This document shows positions 43,678-52,311 of a DNA stretch of 64,000 nt, piece after piece (position 1 is the first letter of the stretch; every line of letters begins with the position of its first letter). The stretch is from positions 37,997 through 101,996 of the forward strand of contig CAUUFA010000006.1 of the NCBI GenBank assembly GCA_963544395.1, read 5' to 3'. Position numbers and translations under genes: made by a program. Below the pieces are notes generated by a model. The model searched no databases. It was given only the letters and a program-made list of their open reading frames with translations, and was not told the origin of the DNA. This DNA is from an uncultured Bacilli bacterium. Lineage in GTDB: Bacteria > Bacillota_I > Bacilli_A > RFN20 > CAG-288.

Positions 43678-44571
43678 ATGATCAAACTCATTGCGACCGA
43701 CCTGGACGGAACCCTCTTCTATCCCAAAAGCAAGCTCTTAGGCTTTCCTTCCGGAAACCGGAAGTTCATCCGAAACTTTATAGATCAAGGCGGAACATTT
43801 GCTGTGGTCACCGGAAGGAACTGCCGGGTGTATGACCGCATCCGAAAGCGGATCGGAAGGAAGATGTATATCTTCGGCTGCAACGGCTCTTTCATCTACG
43901 ATGGCGAGCGCCTTGAGTTCTCGCTTCCGCTTGATAACATCAAAGCTACCCGCATCTACACTGCTTTCCGGAATAGTTACGGCATCCTCTCCTGGATTCT
44001 CTTCGATCGTGAAGGGACTCTTTACTGCTCGGCCAACGATGTTCCTATGGCGATGATCAATTCCGCTCGCATCCTCAACCGCCTCAACGGCTTTTACCGG
44101 GAGAAGATGATCTTTGATGAAGCCCTTTTCATCGAACATCTGACCGAAGGGGAAAACTACAAGCTGATGGGAACCTTCGGCTTAGGCAAGAACGCTAAGC
44201 GGATTGCAGCTGAGAGTGTCATTGCGCTCCGGGACCGTTCGGCTGATTTCTCTATCTCCGCCTCCAACAATTCAGTGGAGCTAACAGCTGCCGGAGCGGA
44301 CAAAGGCAGGACGTTGGAGCGCTTCTGTCAGATGCATAATATCCGCAAAGAGGAAGTTTTCGTCTGCGGAGACAGCGGGAACGATCTGCCGATGTTCGCC
44401 TGCTTTCCCCACACCTTTGCGATGTCGCATGCGGCGGATGGTTTCAAGTCGCAGGCGAATCATGTCATCGACCGGATCTCGGATCTTTCCTCCTTCCTTT
44501 TACGAGAAGAGGAGCTCTCCCGAGATGAAATCCGCACCATTGATTTTCGGAAGGGGATGGAAACAAATTGA
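43678..44571 (+). CDS. Cof-type HAD-IIB phosphatase
   Basis: It has IATDLDGTL (motif I) and CGDSGNDLPMF (motif IV). There is no SD sequence. A TAGAAT lies 7 nt upstream of the ATG. Confidence 0.85.
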   Translation: MIKLIATDLDGTLFYPKSKLLGFPSGNRKFIRNFIDQGGTFAVVTGRNCRVYDRIRKRIGRKMYIFGCNGSFIYDGERLEFSLPLDNIKATRIYTAFRNSYGILSWILFDREGTLYCSANDVPMAMINSARILNRLNGFYREKMIFDEALFIEHLTEGENYKLMGTFGLGKNAKRIAAESVIALRDRSADFSISASNNSVELTAAGADKGRTLERFCQMHNIRKEEVFVCGDSGNDLPMFACFPHTFAMSHAADGFKSQANHVIDRISDLSSFLLREEELSRDEIRTIDFRKGMETN

Positions 44572-44635
44572 GTTTTTATTCAGATTCATATATATTTAAT
44601 ATTGTGTTTATTCATGGAGAGAGAGGCAAACAATC

Positions 44636-45535
44636 ATGAACGCTGAAGAAAAGAATGTCATGACGATTCTCACCTTGGCGAGAATTGTCGAGAATACGCT
44701 GTGGTACTGTCTTCCCAGCCGGAATCCGGAAGGGTTCTCTGCGGAGGAGAGAAAGAACCGTTTCAATGCGCTGACCGCTCTGACTTCCGAGGGAAGTCCT
44801 TTTGCGATGAACTGTGATAACAACGGCGACAACGGCAAGAAGCTGAAAGAAGATATGCGTTACTTTATCGACGATGTCTACGGCGATCCTGGCAGGATCG
44901 TCACGGTCGATCTCAATCAGAACGTGCACGTTGAGCAGTCTCTGATCCTAGAACTCTTCACGTCCTGCGTCACCTTAAGGTTCCGCCTTGAGGCGTTCCT
45001 CTCTGCCGCGAAGAAGGTGCTTGCGGAAAACAAAGCGCTTGAGCCAGAGTTCGAGACACTTCTCGATACCGATATCCGCTACTATCATTGTTTCGCCGGA
45101 AAGGTCTCCTGCATTCTCATCTCCAACAAATTCATGGAGCTCAATCAGAACGCTCAGAATTATGCGCAGAGTTATTCGAAACAGCACAACGGCGCTAATC
45201 CCAACCAGGATCCGGAGTTTGATGTCCGTCAGGATCCTTCCTTCCGTATGCTGGAGAACGAGTTCCACGAACTCAACAACGATATGATCATGGTCCTCAA
45301 CAACTACGGTGAGGACGATGTGGACTTCCGCTTCGCCAGAGAGCAGATCTACTCCGATTGCGACATCTTCACCGGTAAGAAGCAGACGACCGATCTCAAC
45401 GTCTTCTTCAATATGTTTGTCTCTTACTTCGACAAGCTCCTCTCTCAGCTTCAGAACCCGCTCAATGAGATGTTTCAGAAAGTCGGTGAGGATATGCAGA
45501 AAGAACAGGCTGCAGCCGCCGAGGAGGTGAAGTGA
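44636..45535 (+). CDS. Hypothetical acidic cytoplasmic protein (299 aa)
   Basis: It is a long ORF with a GAGAGAGG RBS. I recognised no motif. Confidence 0.5.
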   Translation: MNAEEKNVMTILTLARIVENTLWYCLPSRNPEGFSAEERKNRFNALTALTSEGSPFAMNCDNNGDNGKKLKEDMRYFIDDVYGDPGRIVTVDLNQNVHVEQSLILELFTSCVTLRFRLEAFLSAAKKVLAENKALEPEFETLLDTDIRYYHCFAGKVSCILISNKFMELNQNAQNYAQSYSKQHNGANPNQDPEFDVRQDPSFRMLENEFHELNNDMIMVLNNYGEDDVDFRFAREQIYSDCDIFTGKKQTTDLNVFFNMFVSYFDKLLSQLQNPLNEMFQKVGEDMQKEQAAAAEEVK

Positions 45536-45537
45536 TC

Positions 45538-45906
45538 ATGAAAGAAAACAATCAGGAGAAAGGACGTTCTCTCTATCCTTCTGAGATTGTCCTCTACAGC
45601 ATCTTCGGATCGATCTGGCTCGTAGGATTGGTGTTTGCTATCCTCGGAATGTTCGCTTATAACTATGGCAAGCTTTCAGAAAACAATCTTTATGCTTTGG
45701 AAAAGTCGTTTGCCAAGTTCTTCCATATGCAAGGCGCGATGGACTTCCGGCTTTGGGGCACGATCGTCATGGTTGTCATGATGATATGCTTCCTCATCAC
45801 CGTCTACGCCTATGCTGACCGAGCCGAGAAGAAGAAGGCGGCCGAGCGGAGAAAAGCGGAGAGAATGAAAATTCTCATGGAAGCCGACGCGACGAAGAAT
45901 TCCTGA
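45538..45906 (+). CDS. Small 2-TM membrane protein with a basic C-terminal tail
   Basis: It has two hydrophobic helices (IVLYSIFGSIWLVGLVFAILGMF and LWGTIVMVVMMICFLITVYAY) and then an EKKKAAERRKAERMK tail. It abuts the upstream gene. Confidence 0.55.
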   Translation: MKENNQEKGRSLYPSEIVLYSIFGSIWLVGLVFAILGMFAYNYGKLSENNLYALEKSFAKFFHMQGAMDFRLWGTIVMVVMMICFLITVYAYADRAEKKKAAERRKAERMKILMEADATKNS

Positions 45907-45925
45907 AGCGATTCAGCCAAAAATT

Positions 45926-45957
45926 AAGCTCTTCCCTAATGTGGCGAAGAGCTTTTT
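45926..45957 (+). terminator. Rho-independent terminator
   Basis: aagctcttc/11-nt loop/gaagagctt forms a 9-bp stem that runs into ttttt. Confidence 0.65.
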
Positions 45958-45982
45958 GTTTCTCTGTTTGCTATCGCAACAA

Positions 45983-46011
45983 TTGACAAACATCTGATTT
46001 CTTCCTAAATT
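45983..46011 (+). promoter_or_regulatory. Sigma-70-type promoter of the 46034-51160 operon
   Basis: TTGACA (45983-45988), a 17-nt spacer and TAAATT (46006-46011). Confidence 0.55.
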
Positions 46012-46033
46012 TTTTTTGTTACACGCTAGTGTA

Positions 46034-47197
46034 ATGTCTCTATTCTGTATGAGTCTAAGCCAAGAAAATCAGGGAAAAAATCTCTCCTCAGACGTCTCTG
46101 ATCTGGAGATTGTCCAGGAGAGTTCGTCCTCGTCAGCGAAAAAAATAAGGAAGGTCAAGAAGCAGAAAGCTCCAGCCTCCCGAAAACGGGTTTTGCTGAC
46201 TTCAGTTTTTCTAAGCCTCGTCACCACCGCCGTCGGTGGGATGGGCGGATATGTCCTCTTCGACATCTTTCATCCGAGCGAGACCTCCAGCTTTGTCGAT
46301 TATCAGACCGACTATGACCGCAAGAAAATCTCCTCTGCCCTTCAGCAGGGTAAAGGAATCTCTCTTTCTGCCATCGACCTGACAAATTACGCTCTGGATC
46401 TTCAGGTGGAGTCACCTTATGCCTTGACGATCGGCACCGGCCTTGTCAATGCGGCGGCCGGCGTGAAGCAGACCATCGAATCCTGCACGCTGACGACACC
46501 GGATGGCATCTTCAATCAGAACATCTCGGAATCGTCGATCGTTCACACGGCCAACCGCTTTTACGATGATGGCACGAAGATGAAGACCTACACCTGCAAG
46601 AAGACGGATGAATGGACCTCTTCCTTGCCTTCGAAGGATATGACTTATGACGATTATATCCAGAGCTACGGACGTCTGATCAAAGGCGAATACTGGGTGA
46701 GAGAAGCAGAACCTGAGCCGACAAAAGCCGTTCCCGAACGATACCTTTCCACCACGCCTTCGAAAGGCCTGAAAGATCATCGGCTCAACGGGGTGATCAT
46801 CTACACCATCACGCCTGGGACAGTCACAGACAGCAGAATCACCAAGACTGAAAACGGCTATCACCTCCATCTCACGCTCGACTATCTCAAAGCCACGTTC
46901 TACTACTCGGTTCAGATGAAGACCACGGGAAGCCTCGATGCAAGACCGACGTTTACAGCTTCCGAACTGGAGTTTGATTTAGATTCCTCAGGGCATCTTC
47001 TCTCCTCTTTCTTCAAAGACAGCTACCGGGTCAAGACCGGCATCACTACGGATGCTTCCGATGAGATGACGCAGTATTATTTCCGTTCTGATAACGGTGT
47101 TTTCACCAACACAGACGGAGTCAGTGTCGAAGGAAAGATTCCCACGATGTCCGAGAAGGACTTCACTGGGTATCAGCTCTTTCCGAAGGAGAAGTGA
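46034..47197 (+). CDS. Single-pass membrane protein with a roughly 310-aa extracytoplasmic domain (unknown function)
   Basis: It has a basic N-terminus (KKIRKVKKQKAPASRKR) and a TM helix (VLLTSVFLSLVTTAVGGMGGYVLFDIF). The ATG at 46034 lies downstream of the predicted promoter. The TTG at 46016 would lie at or just upstream of the predicted transcription start (about 46018). Confidence 0.55.
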   Translation: MSLFCMSLSQENQGKNLSSDVSDLEIVQESSSSSAKKIRKVKKQKAPASRKRVLLTSVFLSLVTTAVGGMGGYVLFDIFHPSETSSFVDYQTDYDRKKISSALQQGKGISLSAIDLTNYALDLQVESPYALTIGTGLVNAAAGVKQTIESCTLTTPDGIFNQNISESSIVHTANRFYDDGTKMKTYTCKKTDEWTSSLPSKDMTYDDYIQSYGRLIKGEYWVREAEPEPTKAVPERYLSTTPSKGLKDHRLNGVIIYTITPGTVTDSRITKTENGYHLHLTLDYLKATFYYSVQMKTTGSLDARPTFTASELEFDLDSSGHLLSSFFKDSYRVKTGITTDASDEMTQYYFRSDNGVFTNTDGVSVEGKIPTMSEKDFTGYQLFPKEK

Positions 47198-47200
47198 TCG

Positions 47201-50200
47201 ATGAAAAACAGGATGATTTATTCCCTTGTCTCTCTCGTCAGCCTCGTCATCGGCGGTGGGACAGTCTACGCCCTAAAAGGCCTGGAGAAGAACAAGGCGG
47301 ATGCAGCGGCGAAGAATCAGGCTCATGTTCAGGAGGAGACCGGTTTTGATAAGACCATCAACACGCTTCTTTCTTCCAAGGAGATGAGAGCAGAAGAAGT
47401 CAATATCCGCCTCAGCATCCCCACCTATGATGACATTCATTTCAAGATCAGTAATCTCGACGTTGATCTTTCCTCGATGTCGGATATCAAGGCTTTGCAG
47501 TGCAAGGGTAGCCTCAATGTCCGTTATGGCGATGCGGTCAACGATAACCTCCATTTTATTTATGAAAACGGCGGAAACCTTTACCTCACCTATGGTTCGA
47601 CAGGATACACCTTCCATGCCCCGACGACGATTGATGGCGTATTGAGCGTCCTCAACACCCTCAACATCAAGCTTCCTCTCTCCTCCACCGACGCAAGCCT
47701 AGACCTCTCTTCTCTTGCCGACAAGGCGCTTGCTGTCCTCAAGGACGTTCCGGAGACCAAGATGCCAGACGGCGGATATTCTTATGCCCTCAACCTCGAC
47801 GAAGCGGTCAAGGACCTCGGGCTCAGCGGTGTCAGAGGCAATCTCTACACTGATGGCGATCATGCATTGAAAGCGATCTCGCTTGCCTCCGACGGCATCC
47901 ATTATCAGGATAAGCTCACCATCGGATTAGGTGTTTCCGGCATCTCACTGAAAAAAGATAACGGATATCGGACTCTCACTTCCGAGGAGAAGAAGCGGTA
48001 TACTGATCTCAACAATGTCAACGGCGTCTTCTCCACCTTAAACCGACTTGTCGGCGAGAAGAAATTCAAAGCCGGATTCTCCGTGGATCTGAAAAATCAG
48101 AACCAGTCTGTGGCCATCGCTTTGACTGGAGATATCCGCGGCGATCTTTCCCGTGCCGGAAGCGATTATCAAAAAGGCTGCTATCAGGTCAATCTGAAGC
48201 ACGTTTCCGGAGACGAGACTCTCAATGAAGCTAGCCTTTATCACGAGGATGGGTTCACTTACCTTAGACTGAACCAGCTGATTCAGGGCAAGATTGCAAA
48301 CACCGATGTTGAGGATATTTTCGCTCTGCTTTCTGCTCAGACCGGGAAAGCTTCCATCCAGGATCTCTCCCAGGATTTTGCCAAGATCATCGCCGGATCG
48401 GATTTAGATAAGCTGATTCATAACAAAGACTTCTCTGTCTACAAGAATTTCATCCGCTCGCTGCGCCGGGAGAACGACACTATCGTTCTCACGCTAAGTC
48501 CGAAAGCGTTCGGATTAGGCGGAGAGGAGATTGAGATTCACATCACTTGCACCCAGGAAGGTGGGTTGTCTGCTCTTTCTATCTCCGGTTTCGAGTATCA
48601 GGGCTATCAGGCCAGCCTCACGCTCGATTTGGAGGATTACCTCGGTTTTGAGACAGTCGATAAGGCCAAGTATCCGGATCTGCATATCAGCGTGCCTCTT
48701 TTCCACACTGTCCTTGACTTAGCCAAACAGAGAAAAGTCTCCGCTGATTATGCTCTGACTATCTCCGACGGAGAGAAGAACGTTGCGGCAGGTGGAACAA
48801 TCGATGCTGATCTTGCCGATTTCAGCAAGGCGGGCAAGAAATACGGAAACTATCATCTCTCCTTGAAGATGAAGGAGAACCAGAGCCCATTATCCTCCTC
48901 TTCTCTCGATGCTTATTATCAGGATCAGAATCTGTATGTCGGATATGGCGAAGTATTGAAGAACAGCATCATCGGCGCAGAGTTAAACGATATCTTCGCC
49001 CTCTTTGATAACAAGAGCAATACCCCGGTCGACGGGAAAACCTTTGCGAAGATTGCCTCCGCTCTGGAGACGATCAAGAACTCCGCTAAGTTAAAGAACG
49101 ACTTATCGAAGATCAAGGATTTTTATTCCCTCAAGCCGCTTGACTCTTTCTTGAGCATCAGCCCTGTCAGCGACAAGCAGATTGATGTGACGCTCAATCT
49201 CGCTTATCTTTTTGAAGGGACTGCCCTGTTAGATCAGATCAAGGGTGTCACCCTCTCTCTTAACAGCGATGATAAATCCCTCCTTGGCCTTTCTCTTCAC
49301 GATCTTCACTATCAGGACAAAGCGATTGATTTCACGCTTTCACTTCAGAAGGAGTATCGTCAGAAGGAAGGCCGATTGACCGAAGAGGAGAAGAGAGCCT
49401 ATGCGCCGATCTCCTCGGCTTCAAAATTTGTCTCGACCTTCCTCAATGTCCCGATGCAGCTCAGAAAGTTCAGCTTCGATGTCTCAGGAAGCGTAGGAAA
49501 AGACGATAGCCAGAAGACTTTCCTTAAAGCAAACGCCGCTGTCGATCTTTCCGATCTAGATCATCCTAACCTGGAAGGCAAAGTCACCATCACCTTGCCA
49601 CCGGATCAGCTAGAGAATAAGACGACTGATGAAAACATCGCCTTCCGCTATTCTGGTGTGAAAGAAAAGGATGGTCTCGGTGGACGTTTCATCGCTCAAT
49701 ACAACGACAAGATGCATGTCCTTTTAGAGCGTTCGACCATCACGGATATCATCAACATCGTCGATCGGAGAAGCGAGACTAACCTCCTCAACCGCTATCT
49801 TTCCGACACTTCTGCCTTTGTCACCGGCATGCCGATCGTCGATGCTTTCCTAACCAAAGACTACCTCTCTCTTCTCAACGACTATGTCCGCAAGGTGGAG
49901 TTTACGGAGAATGCGATCCTGCTCACAGTTCATGGCACACTCTTTGGGGAGAAAGATGATCCGGATCATCCTTGCCACGACAATGTCATCACGGTGACCT
50001 TAGATACGGAGAAGAAGACCGTTCAGAAGATCGGCTTAGAAGGCGGATATTCGGATTACCGTATTCAGGGAAACATCGAATTCAAATCCTTTGAAGAAGC
50101 AAAGAAAGTTGACATCCTAGAGTACAGTGAAGCGACGAAGGATAAGTTCATCGATATGGAGGGTTTCAAAACCTTAGTGAAGGCTGGCATCGCGACGACC

Positions 50201-51160
50201 GAGCACTCTTACTTTGAGCTCTCGGCGGAGCTCTCGGTCAATCTTAGCATCCCGGTTGTTTCGACCGATAGCATCAACACCCATGCCACCTGTGAGATGT
50301 ATATCGAAAACCAGGAAGTTTACGCCTATCTCTCCTTCAACAACCACAACATGAGGCTTCAGCAGGATGGATTCTATGGGACGGAATTTTTCATCCATGA
50401 GAAAGAAGTCTATACGACATTGACCCGCAATCAGAAGGGAAAGCTGACTTCCTCCCTCAAGAAGATGACCCAGAAAGAAGTGTTCCGGAATCTCCTCTAC
50501 TATGTGACTGACTACATCCTCGACCTCTCCGATATGGAAGCGCAAGTGCTCGGCTTCATCTCGGTGAATGTCGGCGGCATCGTCTTAGGAAACATCTACG
50601 GGCAGGAGAACGAAAACAACACCGCCGAGAAAAAGAATGTGCTGAATCGTGATTTCTCCTCCTTCGTTAAGCAGGCAAAGTACCAGGATGGCACTTTCGC
50701 TCTCGATATGGACGTCAATTCCATTTTAGGCAGTGACATCACCAGCCTGGTCAATGTGAGTTCGGCCAGAGCAAATGTTCAGATCGATACCAAGAGCTAT
50801 GAGCTTACCCATGCTAACGTTTCCGTTGAAGCGACGGCTGTCTCTATGATCGGCGTCTCCTTCTCCCTGACGATGAATCGGAATCTTAATGCGACAGGCG
50901 ATCATTGGTCTAGCTCTCGCTACTGCACCTTTGTTCAGGAGATGAAGCACGAGTTCGGATCCTTTGATGACAACAGCAAGCTTCCGGAATATCAGATTCT
51001 CAGCATCAAAGCGAACCGGGCGACCGGATTGCTCGCTAGTACCTTGAAGTACAGCAGCATCACTATAGAGGACAACTATTCTGATGGCTTGAAGAACGAG
51101 CTGAACTTCAGTTACAGCGAAGCGACGAGAGTTTTCTTCTTCGGTGGAACTCGACTGTAG
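47201..51160 (+). CDS. Giant (1319-aa) N-terminally membrane-anchored protein built from repeated roughly 225-250-aa modules
   Basis: It has an N-terminal TM helix (MIYSLVSLVSLVIGGGTVYAL). A related motif recurs as ...GVLSVLNTL (~47635), EDIFALL (48311-48331), NDIFALF (48986-49006) and ITDIINIV (~49739). The ATG is 4 nt after the upstream stop. Confidence 0.6.
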   Translation: MKNRMIYSLVSLVSLVIGGGTVYALKGLEKNKADAAAKNQAHVQEETGFDKTINTLLSSKEMRAEEVNIRLSIPTYDDIHFKISNLDVDLSSMSDIKALQCKGSLNVRYGDAVNDNLHFIYENGGNLYLTYGSTGYTFHAPTTIDGVLSVLNTLNIKLPLSSTDASLDLSSLADKALAVLKDVPETKMPDGGYSYALNLDEAVKDLGLSGVRGNLYTDGDHALKAISLASDGIHYQDKLTIGLGVSGISLKKDNGYRTLTSEEKKRYTDLNNVNGVFSTLNRLVGEKKFKAGFSVDLKNQNQSVAIALTGDIRGDLSRAGSDYQKGCYQVNLKHVSGDETLNEASLYHEDGFTYLRLNQLIQGKIANTDVEDIFALLSAQTGKASIQDLSQDFAKIIAGSDLDKLIHNKDFSVYKNFIRSLRRENDTIVLTLSPKAFGLGGEEIEIHITCTQEGGLSALSISGFEYQGYQASLTLDLEDYLGFETVDKAKYPDLHISVPLFHTVLDLAKQRKVSADYALTISDGEKNVAAGGTIDADLADFSKAGKKYGNYHLSLKMKENQSPLSSSSLDAYYQDQNLYVGYGEVLKNSIIGAELNDIFALFDNKSNTPVDGKTFAKIASALETIKNSAKLKNDLSKIKDFYSLKPLDSFLSISPVSDKQIDVTLNLAYLFEGTALLDQIKGVTLSLNSDDKSLLGLSLHDLHYQDKAIDFTLSLQKEYRQKEGRLTEEEKRAYAPISSASKFVSTFLNVPMQLRKFSFDVSGSVGKDDSQKTFLKANAAVDLSDLDHPNLEGKVTITLPPDQLENKTTDENIAFRYSGVKEKDGLGGRFIAQYNDKMHVLLERSTITDIINIVDRRSETNLLNRYLSDTSAFVTGMPIVDAFLTKDYLSLLNDYVRKVEFTENAILLTVHGTLFGEKDDPDHPCHDNVITVTLDTEKKTVQKIGLEGGYSDYRIQGNIEFKSFEEAKKVDILEYSEATKDKFIDMEGFKTLVKAGIATTEHSYFELSAELSVNLSIPVVSTDSINTHATCEMYIENQEVYAYLSFNNHNMRLQQDGFYGTEFFIHEKEVYTTLTRNQKGKLTSSLKKMTQKEVFRNLLYYVTDYILDLSDMEAQVLGFISVNVGGIVLGNIYGQENENNTAEKKNVLNRDFSSFVKQAKYQDGTFALDMDVNSILGSDITSLVNVSSARANVQIDTKSYELTHANVSVEATAVSMIGVSFSLTMNRNLNATGDHWSSSRYCTFVQEMKHEFGSFDDNSKLPEYQILSIKANRATGLLASTLKYSSITIEDNYSDGLKNELNFSYSEATRVFFFGGTRL

Positions 51161-51204
51161 TTACTGACGGGAAGAGAAGATAAATCTCTTTCTGAACATA
51201 AAAA

Positions 51205-51245
51205 AACCATCGGTTCCTCTGTTTCCAGGGGGATCGATGGTTTTT
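51205..51245. terminator. Bidirectional rho-independent terminator between convergent genes
   Basis: A long hairpin pairs aaccatcggttcc with gggatcgatggtt and is flanked by A6 (5') and T5 (3'). Confidence 0.6.
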
Positions 51246-51316
51246 GATTTCCGCTGATGTGCAACATAGATGAAGCACAGAGAGCCTAAGTCAGATCTTC
51301 TGATAAAGACAGAAAA

Positions 51317-51448
51317 TTACTTGGCAGCTTCAGCGCTCTTGGCTGCCTTTTTGGCAGCTTTCTCTTTGGCTTCCTTGGCTAACTTCTTCTCTCTTCTGAC
51401 CTTCCATTCATCCGCGAAGCCTCTGGCTTCATACTTTTTCTTTCCCAT
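51317..51448 (-). CDS. Unannotated 43-aa lysine/alanine-rich basic protein
   Basis: It is below the ORF-track cutoff. The minus strand reads MGKKKYEARGFADEWKVRREKKLAKEAKEKAAKKAAKSAEAAK*. An AGAGG RBS lies 7 nt upstream, a consensus promoter lies further upstream, and a terminator lies downstream. Confidence 0.6.
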   Translation of the reverse strand: MGKKKYEARGFADEWKVRREKKLAKEAKEKAAKKAAKSAEAAK

Positions 51449-51498
51449 GATGATACCTCTGATTATTTCGTTCTGTAAGACTAAGACAGACGTATCTA

Positions 51499-51526
51499 AT
51501 TATAACGTTTTATCTCGGTTTTGCAA
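51499..51526 (-). promoter_or_regulatory. Near-consensus sigma-70 promoter for the 43-aa protein gene
   Basis: On the minus strand: TTGCAA (51526-51521), a 16-nt spacer and TATAAT (51504-51499). Confidence 0.6.
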
Positions 51527-51684
51527 GACTTAATTACGGCCTTCAGGAATCGTTTTTGTCATCCTTCCATTGGTTCGCTATCCCCTTTTTGCTCTGCGGA
51601 ACAAAGAAAAATTAACCGGCTTGATACTGCTTTGTTCCCTGGGTCTGTTGACTTCTCTAACCGAAGGAAAATTCAGTCTGATTT

Positions 51685-51916
51685 CTAGACAGAGTTATGC
51701 CGGATCAGAACAAGAAGCGAGAGAGCGAGAGAAAAAAAGATGATCAAAGCGCTGACCACAATTCCGGAGATCAGTCCGGGAAGCGTATAGAAGGAACGGC
51801 TGAGGTAATACCGGTTGACTAAGGCAATGATGAAGGAAGCTAAGGCATAAGAGGCATGGTCAGAAACAGCCGAGCGAGATGACGGGAAGCGGAATTGGAT
51901 TTATGCTCTTTTTCAT
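51685..51916 (-). pseudogene. Possible frameshifted small 2-TM membrane-protein gene
   Basis: MKKSINPIPLPVISLGCF* is followed, in another frame with no start codon, by ...DHASYALASFIIALVNRYYLSRSFYTLPGLISGIVVSALIIFFSLALSLLVLIRHNSV*. The span of 232 nt is not a multiple of 3. Confidence 0.35.
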
Positions 51917-51988
51917 ATGTCTTTGCCCTCTTTGATTATCATACAGAAATGAACGGGAGTGTTACTGAAACCCAGCTTCATTCCGGAA

Positions 51989-52258
51989 TCACTGTCGCCA
52001 GGAATAATATTCCTCATCCTTCCTGGGGTCGGCGACCTCCTCTTCGTTCTGCTCTTCGGAGAGGAAAAACACCGTCTTCTCATAGAGTTCAAGAAAACGG
52101 TACTCGCTGATTTTCAGCACTTTGTTCTCGGAGAGAACATAGACGGAATCCTCGCTGAAATAGAAGTCTTCCGTTTTTCCTTCGATCCTCGCTTCCAGAT
52201 GACAGCCTGACTTCATCATCGCCAGGGCATCTTTTGCGGAAAGATATTCGTTTTTCAT
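51989..52258 (-). CDS. Hypothetical 89-aa protein
   Basis: This is the best ORF among overlapping alternatives in the region. It has an acidic C-terminus and no motif. Confidence 0.45.
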   Translation of the reverse strand: MKNEYLSAKDALAMMKSGCHLEARIEGKTEDFYFSEDSVYVLSENKVLKISEYRFLELYEKTVFFLSEEQNEEEVADPRKDEEYYSWRQ

Positions 52259-52311
52259 AGTGTGATGATTATATAATAGACCGAGAGGAAAGGCATTGTT
52301 TTACTGAATCT

